Assembly (NCBI GenBank): GCA_034226945.1
Contig: CP120454.1
Coordinates: 744,001-808,000 of the forward strand
Direction: 5' to 3'
Length of the DNA: 64,000 nt
Source of the DNA: Picochlorum sp. SENEW3
Taxonomy: Eukaryota
Below the pieces are notes generated by a model that made no database searches, was not told where the DNA came from, and saw nothing but the letters and a program-made list of their open reading frames with translations. Position 1 is the first letter of the stretch. The number at the start of each line of letters is the position of its first letter. Made by a program: the position numbers and the translations under genes. Positions 56,957 through 64,000 of this stretch are shown piece after piece.

Positions 56957-58620
56957 TTAATTTCCTGTGTACAAGTATAGCGAATTCTGTGCCGCCGTGG
57001 CAATGACTGGGGCGTGTGGATGCCAGGACAAGTGCTGTATCTTGTTCTGGAAATCTGAAATCACTGGGTCTTGTCGGAGACCAGAGTTTCTCCTTGATAG
57101 TGAATTTTTGGAGGATGATCTTGGAATCGTTCTCCCGAATCCAACAATCCTATTTGAAAATTTGGATGTCGGAGCATGCATTCTCCTCCTCAGTGGGTCT
57201 CTGCTTGACTCTAACAGAAGAGCATCATTCGATGGTTCACAGGGTGTCACCCTGAAGAAATTAGAATACGTGCCTGTCGCAATCATTTTTCCATCGCCGG
57301 ACGCACAGCAGTCAAACTTGTCAAAAATACTGTCGTTCTCGTATAATTGGGCCAGCTTTGGCTTGATCATATCATGAACCTGATGCTCATATAATGGCCT
57401 TGCCTCATACCGCAGATCCCAGACTTTTAGAGTCAAATAATCCCTAGATAGTAGATGGTGACCACTAGTACCTAGAAATTTGATGGCATTGACGCTCGCC
57501 ACAATCTCTGAGAAGAAATTCTTTTCATTTTCATCCTTTTCACCACCATCAAAAAGTTTTGCATGGGCATCACAGAGTGCCGAAGCACGCATATCGGCCA
57601 ACCGAATGAAACCTTTTGACGATCCATATGCAAATATATGCGGCTCTTGCGGATGAAATTCAGCACATGTGATCACCTCTGTCAAATCCTCCATAACCTC
57701 TGGCTTGATATCCACAATATTAAAGGATAAATCTGGTCGATCAAAATGCCACAAATTTATCCTCAAATCATCTGCCGACAGAAATGTTTCCTCATCCGTA
57801 CATAAAGATATCGAATTAATATGATACGCATGCCCCGCAGCGTACACCTTTCTACACTTGCTTGCTAACTCATAGGATGTTGACGTCACCTTTGGAACCC
57901 TAATGTGATGCCCGCTACCAAACCGCGATGGAGACGATGGAGACGCATCCATCGATTTCATCCAATTGGTAGTCTGTACACCGCTATACTCTTGCGTATT
58001 GAAATCGTCCACCTCTGTCACCTTGCGTTCAAACACCTTCCATAACTTTATCGTCTTATCATTCGTTGTCAGCAGCGTATGCGCCCCATTCGCCCCCCAT
58101 TTCCGTATCCATCGAATTTTATTAATCTTTTCTTCGATTTCAAGCGATTTCAAGTAATCAAACTCTGGGTCGTGACTCTGAAACTCTGTCAGGTACCGAT
58201 ACTCGTACTGATTATATGCACCACTGCCCCCACGCTGCTCCATATCCTCTTCCTCATGCTGCTGCTCACTCCCTTCAGCATCCAACCTTTCAAACAACAC
58301 GACACGCCCCCCATGATCCCCCGTCGCCAAGAAATCCCCGCCATGGTCAAACTCCACAGCAGATATGATATCAGCTGCACACAGCATACCACTGTCAAGA
58401 CGTGTCCCTCTTCATCCATCAATGAAGAAAACCACGTACCATCCAAAACCTCCTCTCCAGGAGTCCTTTCCCCGAATACCTGACTAAAACTCCATTCCCA
58501 CTGCGGCACGCTCTCTCCAAAACCTCCAGTATTCTGGGTGAAACCACTCTGAGACGGCGGTGTAATCATATATGCATCATTATCTTCATCGTATTGAGTT
58601 GGATACGCAGTATCCGCCAT
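56957..58620 (-). CDS. PP2A regulatory subunit B55; intron 58375-58439
   Basis: WSFSQVFGE, ADIISAVEFD, EFQSHDPEFDYLKSLEIEEKINKI, and LYENDSIFDKF. Confidence 0.96.
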
Positions 58621-58788
58621 TGATCTCTTTCTGGAACAGATGAATCCCGACCAACAACGATTTGAACCGAGTGATCTGGCCCAGAACAGAGTTCCTCTTG
58701 CGCCTCTGTCTACACAAATAGACTATAAATATTTATATGTTTATGAATATGAATCGCCCTGGATCTAAACGACGGCATGATATTTGAT

Positions 58789-59619
58789 TCATGATCTGTC
58801 ATCACCATGCCTCTGCCGCTTCTGCCGAGAACCATGGTCTGTCTTCTTTTTCTTCTGCTTCTTCTCTCCTCCTCTAGTGTCCGATAGGGACACAGCTCTT
58901 TGCGCAACAGAAGATGCAAATAGAGCAGCTTCCATGTCCTTTATACAAATGCCATCATCCTGCCCTGCGTTGGCCAGCAATGCAGCCTGCTTGTCTCTCA
59001 TTTTGCTGAACAATGCTTGGTATGCTTTGACGGTGTATTCTCTCTTTCCAAGACACACCATCAACGCTTCATCGCTCATAAATGGAATGCTGTCATCCAT
59101 GGCGGCTAACATCGCAGAAGCGGTTGCTGGACCCACCCCTTTCAACCCAGTCAAGACCTGAAGCGCATTCAAGATGGTGTCCTCTTCCATGCCCCCACCG
59201 CGCTTTTCATCACGAAGAATCCTATATGCCTCTTTGGATGCTACAGCAAGAGCTTTTGGATCTTGTTTCGCAGCGTATCCCCGAAGGGATGGTCTGAATT
59301 TCCCCCGTGCGAGCTTCCATTCCACAAGTCTGATAAACTGCTCCTTGCTCAGACAGCCTTGTTGTGTCACAAGAAGATTGGGCAAACAATCTCGAAACCA
59401 CCTGCATTGCAAACACATACTACATGTGATGTACACCACATCAACCTCATGAATAGAGAGAGAGAAAGAGTACCGTTCATGGTCCGAGACCTTGTGCTCC
59501 CTAATCCGTGTGTCATAGGAAGACACCAGGGCTTTCCAATCATCTAGAGAACCAGATGCCCATAATTCAGATGGATCATTCATCATGCGTGGATCCAATG
59601 CAATATTCCATGAATGCAC
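58789..59619 (-). CDS. HhH-motif protein (DNA glycosylase-like fold); in-frame intron 59402-59473; start may be 59586
   Basis: LVEWKLARGKFRPSL, LKGVGPATASAML, PFMSDEA, and a basic NLS-like tail. Confidence 0.7.
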   Translation of the reverse strand: MHSWNIALDPRMMNDPSELWASGSLDDWKALVSSYDTRIREHKVSDHERYSFSLSIHEVDVVYITCSMCLQCRWFRDCLPNLLVTQQGCLSKEQFIRLVEWKLARGKFRPSLRGYAAKQDPKALAVASKEAYRILRDEKRGGGMEEDTILNALQVLTGLKGVGPATASAMLAAMDDSIPFMSDEALMVCLGKREYTVKAYQALFSKMRDKQAALLANAGQDDGICIKDMEAALFASSVAQRAVSLSDTRGGEKKQKKKKTDHGSRQKRQRHGDDRS

Positions 59620-59808
59620 TATCCAAGGATGTGCTTCATTATCATTTTTTTAAATATAGACAAGATACATCTACTCTGCACATGTCCTTTTGGCAAAAGG
59701 ACATTGCCACTGTCTCCGAGTTTTTTAATTCTTAATTATGGTGTCTCCCTGGCATGGATCTGATTGTATGTGCTGATGCCACTGAGAGTGTGTGTCTTCA
59801 AAAAGAGA

Positions 59809-60759
59809 ATGAATATTCTTCAGATGAGGGGTACGGTGGTGCATCGTGGGGGTTTATGGGATGGTTGTCCCTCACGTCGAGCGTCACGTGATGGCAAGGT
59901 GCCTCGTTCTCGCCAACCTGGCGTCCATACAGCCATTCGGCGTTCGCATCATGACAGAAATGACTCGTATGAATCATCGGAAGGGAGGAATCTGTTGTCG
60001 AGACGGAATAGTCTTGTGTGTATGCTCTTGTCTCTGCAGGGACAGGCTGCCTGGGCGGATGATGATGATTCTCGTCTTGAACAGGTTACACAGAGGGTGT
60101 ATTTGGATGTTGGGGTATGTCGAGATGGGTTTAAGAAGGATAGGCGGTTGGGGGATACATCCATCTTGTGTGATGCGCCTGATGCTCTGGGAAGGATTGT
60201 GATTGATTTGTATGGGAATGCTGCTCCTTTTACTGTGAAGAATTTTGTTCGGTTGGTCGAGTCTGGTGCACTGGAGAATACGGTGGTGAATAAAGTATTT
60301 CCTGGGAGGTATATTGCTGCTGGACAGCAAGGGGCGCATCGGCTTGGGCTGATGGAGGCACCAGAGTTGTTGGAGGCGAATGGAGACATTTTGAATTCCT
60401 TGTCCTTTCGGTTGAAGCATGCGAGGCCGGGAACTGTCTCCTTGATGCTGGGTAATACTATAGATGATGAGTATATTCGAGGGAGGAAAGGATACAGAGA
60501 ATTGTCGTTTCTTATCACGACTGGCCCAGGGCCTGTGCCAAGTTTGGATGATGAGAATATTGTTTTTGGGCGGGTGTCGGAGGGTTTTGACGTTGTTGGA
60601 AGAATTGCAGAAGTACCTACATTTAAGCAGAATGAGAGTTTACGAGTGTTTACGGATTTGGCCAAAGTGATTGGGGATGATCGAGTGACAAAGAAAGCGA
60701 GCACCTTTGGGAGACCAATGGTGCCGATTGTTTTTACAAAGACTGGTGTTTTGGAATGA
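59809..60759 (+). CDS. CYP28: Thylakoid-lumen cyclophilin, CYP28-like
   Basis: Twin-Arg SRRNS..AWA signal, VYLDVGVC, LGRIVIDLYG..AP.TV.NF, and TTGPGPVPSLDDENIVFG. Confidence 0.8.
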   Translation: MNILQMRGTVVHRGGLWDGCPSRRASRDGKVPRSRQPGVHTAIRRSHHDRNDSYESSEGRNLLSRRNSLVCMLLSLQGQAAWADDDDSRLEQVTQRVYLDVGVCRDGFKKDRRLGDTSILCDAPDALGRIVIDLYGNAAPFTVKNFVRLVESGALENTVVNKVFPGRYIAAGQQGAHRLGLMEAPELLEANGDILNSLSFRLKHARPGTVSLMLGNTIDDEYIRGRKGYRELSFLITTGPGPVPSLDDENIVFGRVSEGFDVVGRIAEVPTFKQNESLRVFTDLAKVIGDDRVTKKASTFGRPMVPIVFTKTGVLE

Positions 60760-61091
60760 AAAAAGGTGCGTGTAGGGTTTGTGAGTCGCATTACTTTGCC
60801 ACGCAGCGTGTACATTGTTGCTGAGAGTGGTCATTCAGATGCGATAGAGTGGAATTTTGCTTTGAGCTAGACCTTGTGTGTGTTTCTTGCTGCCATGCAA
60901 TAAGGGTAGAATATCAAAGTACACGTCTCTTACATTGTGCAGAATGGCTTGTTTCCATATAAAAGTGTTTATCAAGAATAAGAATCTAGATGTATAATAG
61001 TATATATAGTGTTAGTTTGTTATGATTTATGTTTATGTGGATTGAATGAACAAATAAATTAGGAGGTTAGGGTATTTGAAGGCGAGGTTCA

Positions 61092-62206
61092 TCATCTGTC
61101 GTCGTCGTCATCATCATCATCACTATCACTATCGTAGTCGCGATCATCGTCATCGTCATCATCATCTCCGAGGTCCAAATTCTTCATGAGCCAATCAAAA
61201 CTATCTGGCAGACTTGTGAAGACTGTATGAGCCATGTCTCCACATTTGCTACTGGCCGATCGGCGAATTGAGTACGAGACAATTCCCCAGACAGTAGCTT
61301 TCCTGTCAGAGGCCATCAGTGGTCCCCCAGAGTCTCCCTCACATGCTGATGTGTACACGCCAGTAGGACCTGGATTGGAGAATGCAGGTGCTGTGCAAAT
61401 CGACGACTTACTATCAAAGTAATTTTTCGGTTTGAAGCCATCACATTCACTATCAGGTACTACTCTGAGTGGTGAATATTTCAATGTATCAGATTCAGAT
61501 TCAGTTTCCGTCTCCCCCCATCCAAGGACAATACCTTTATCAGAAGTTCGAGGATTCATCTTTGCAATTTGAGCTGGTCTGACATCAGACGAGTCGTCTA
61601 ATTCGATAATGGCTAGATCTTTCCTCACCGCAGCACCAGAGGCAGGGTTGAAACCCTCAGGCTTATACCCAGGATGCAACGTGTAGCTCTGCAGATCAGC
61701 TCAGACATGTTAGATGTGATACCCAATATATATGGCGCACAAAAACAATTACGCACATCTATTCTAAATGTCTCGCAAGAGCGGCACGATCCGCTATCAC
61801 CCTGTCCGATAGATACGCGGGCATCATCTAAAACATCATCCCTGTCGAATGGCTCTAGGCAGTGTGCTGCAGTCAAGACCTGTGAGGGTGTCACGAGGAT
61901 CCCTCCACAAGACCCTTGAGGCAAATCTATGCGAGCCATCCACGGAAAGTCACCTTTTTGAGCGTCTTTTCCTCCGCTCACACGCTCCACGACGGACTGG
62001 AGGATGCTTCGGTGAGCAGCTCTTCCCCCTGCTTGGGCGACACCGCCAAAACGCGCCTCGGGTCCTTCGGAGCCTGAACAAAACATCGGAACAATATATT
62101 TAAAATCAGTAACATTCACCATTTTATACAGATCTGACGTACATCCCGCAGCAGTAGCGACAAGGCAGAGCAGGGCAACAAGAACTCGTCCACCTTCCAT
62201 GCTCAT
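61092..62206 (-). CDS. Secreted S1A serine protease with a poly-Asp tail; intron 61689-61756
   Basis: Signal peptide, R|VSGG, LTAAHC, DLAIIEL, and ACEGDSGGP. Confidence 0.9.
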
Positions 62207-62866
62207 TAACGTATGTTCTAGCAACCTGAGACAACGTATCTATGGAAAGAAGACGTCTTTTGAATCTTTAAGATCAAAAGGAACCTCAATGCAGTGAAGA
62301 AACGTGTTACCCTGAGACACCTACAACACTACTTTGGGTACGAACGCGTATTCGTGGGTACAGAATATGCTCAGAGATTCTGTATTTTCATTATACCTGT
62401 TGCTGTGAAGGCGTGTAATTTATAAATAGCGTTAAATCTGCGAGGGAAGATCGGCATGTATATGAATAGATAGCTTCCAATGAAGCCACAGAGGAGCCTG
62501 CTAGGCACCTTCCACCCAAGCTTCCACGTTCCGCCATATGGCGGAATCATGCATGCATGCATGGTTCATGGTTCGCTATCAAGTGCTGGATCCAACGGAT
62601 TTGATGCATGGATGGAGCCATTTCGAAGTACCGTTCAGGTGTATATACATCGGATGTATGTTATCCGATAAGAATTCTGCGCTGTTGACTGTATGTCCGT
62701 TGGGCAGTGGAACTGTCTACTTGAAGAGCAGTGGAATCCCCTCTGTGCTTCAAACCACATTACTTCATCCCCACAGTCACATCTGGCCTTCCAAGCATGA
62801 AATACCGGAATCTTACATATTAGGAGCTAAAAGTAAAACCAATCTTACATTAATAAGTTATTTGCG

Positions 62867-64000
62867 TCACAAACGGCGTAGTGCTTCAACCATAGTTGGA
62901 TGCAGGTGTCTGTCAAGGCCACAGCGGGCACCCAGCACCATGGCTGAATACATGGAGCCCGTGTCTCGAATTAGCATGGCTATGGATAAAAGTGCAACAA
63001 GATGGTCCATGTTGTCGCTCAGAATCATGAATTTTGACGTATGGTCATGTGTCATCTCCAGGACGGCCTCCACCCAAGACGTGAGCCCCCGAGGATAGGC
63101 ATCCACAGTTGTCGGACATCGAACTAATGCTGTCTTGGTGTTGCTCGAATACAGCTCCTCCACGCAGTTATTGAGCTCTAATGAATCCATTACTACTCGC
63201 TTGGAATAGTCTGTTGCCAGGTGGACGTTCCACACAGGTAGATCACATGCCAGTTTGGATGACAGGATGATTGCTAGTGTGTCATTCTCCAGAAGTCTTT
63301 TCTGCCCGCTTGCTCTTCTTCTGAGATACTCAGCAGTTGATGCAACACTAACAAGGTCCGAAACATTCATAAGAGAGGATACAGGCTGCGGCATGAACAC
63401 GCGGTCTGATATAGAACCAACATCATCCCTTGGAGGAACACATGACTTCGTGCCTAGTGATACTGCAGGGTGCCGGGGTGTCGAATCGCATGAACTCATA
63501 TCACTAGCTGGATCTGATTGAATCATTTCCAGTCGATTCAATACATCAGGAAGCATTGGTCTCATCTTTGGGTCTCTGACGAGCATAAATCTGAGCATAT
63601 CTTCAACTCCTGGTAGGTCTGCGATCATCTTTAACCGATCATCAGGGATCAGTTGCGAGTCTGGTCTGGTTACTCGAGCGGCCAATTGCAGCCAATTAGT
63701 GTCATTGTAGAGAACATTGCCAGTGAAAAGCTCGAACAGCAAGCAACCAAGGGACCACACATCTGAGGGAGCACCAGCACCCTGAGCCCTCCTCCGGTCA
63801 TACCCGTTCTGATGAGTTTGAGGGGCACAATCCACCATGAGCATTTCTGGGCTCTTAAATGCATCTGTACCTCGAGATTGCGTGGTAGAACCCTTCTGTG
63901 CTCCATCACGGCCACCAGGAAACATGACACTCTCTCCGAAATCTCCAAGGACAACTCTAAAAGCCAATCTGCCTTTGCAATCACTCTTCTTTAACAACGA
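62867..64000 (-). CDS. 3' part of a protein kinase with a C-terminal degenerate DSP-like domain; truncated by the window edge
   Basis: DFGES, GTDAFKSPEML, SDVWSLGCLLFEL, and DPKMRP. Confidence 0.85.
   Translation of the reverse strand, partial: SLLKKSDCKGRLAFRVVLGDFGESVMFPGGRDGAQKGSTTQSRGTDAFKSPEMLMVDCAPQTHQNGYDRRRAQGAGAPSDVWSLGCLLFELFTGNVLYNDTNWLQLAARVTRPDSQLIPDDRLKMIADLPGVEDMLRFMLVRDPKMRPMLPDVLNRLEMIQSDPASDMSSCDSTPRHPAVSLGTKSCVPPRDDVGSISDRVFMPQPVSSLMNVSDLVSVASTAEYLRRRASGQKRLLENDTLAIILSSKLACDLPVWNVHLATDYSKRVVMDSLELNNCVEELYSSNTKTALVRCPTTVDAYPRGLTSWVEAVLEMTHDHTSKFMILSDNMDHLVALLSIAMLIRDTGSMYSAMVLGARCGLDRHLHPTMVEALRRL

Noticed and set aside
59949..60815. Long antisense ORFs (also 7429-8229, 18353-19225, 3104-3736, 30360-31001)
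   Set aside because: They lie opposite or off-frame to well-supported genes and have no recognisable motifs

Overview
This is gene-dense eukaryotic nuclear DNA with about 35 protein genes, short (about 65-90 nt) GT-AG introns, TGTAA-type poly(A) signals, plastid and thylakoid-targeted proteins, and very small or overlapping intergenic gaps. It is most consistent with a compact green-algal genome (Trebouxiophyceae, Picochlorum-like; this is an inference). Recognisable housekeeping genes include FIGL1, RPS9, VMA21, POLD4, NAA35, CDK5RAP3, DOHH, ELOC, BCD1, RAD7-like, PDIA6-like, TFIIIC-WD40, mTERF, ABCG/ADP1-like, PP2A-B55 and CYP28. The top candidate novelty is a receptor-like kinase (12162-14956, minus) whose ectodomain looks like a catalytically dead RNase T2 fold behind a (PDYD)10 stalk. 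Several features are absent from the ORF track: a 58-aa, 18-Cys metallothionein, an intronic C/D snoRNA in DOHH, and a 20-bp long-range duplex folding the oversized RPS9 intron. Also notable are candidate bicistronic loci, a 2.1-kb tandem duplication of a ZIP transporter that copies the mTERF promoter, and a TSP1/EGF adhesion-type receptor. All calls come from motif recognition by eye. No searches were run, and splice models are inferred.
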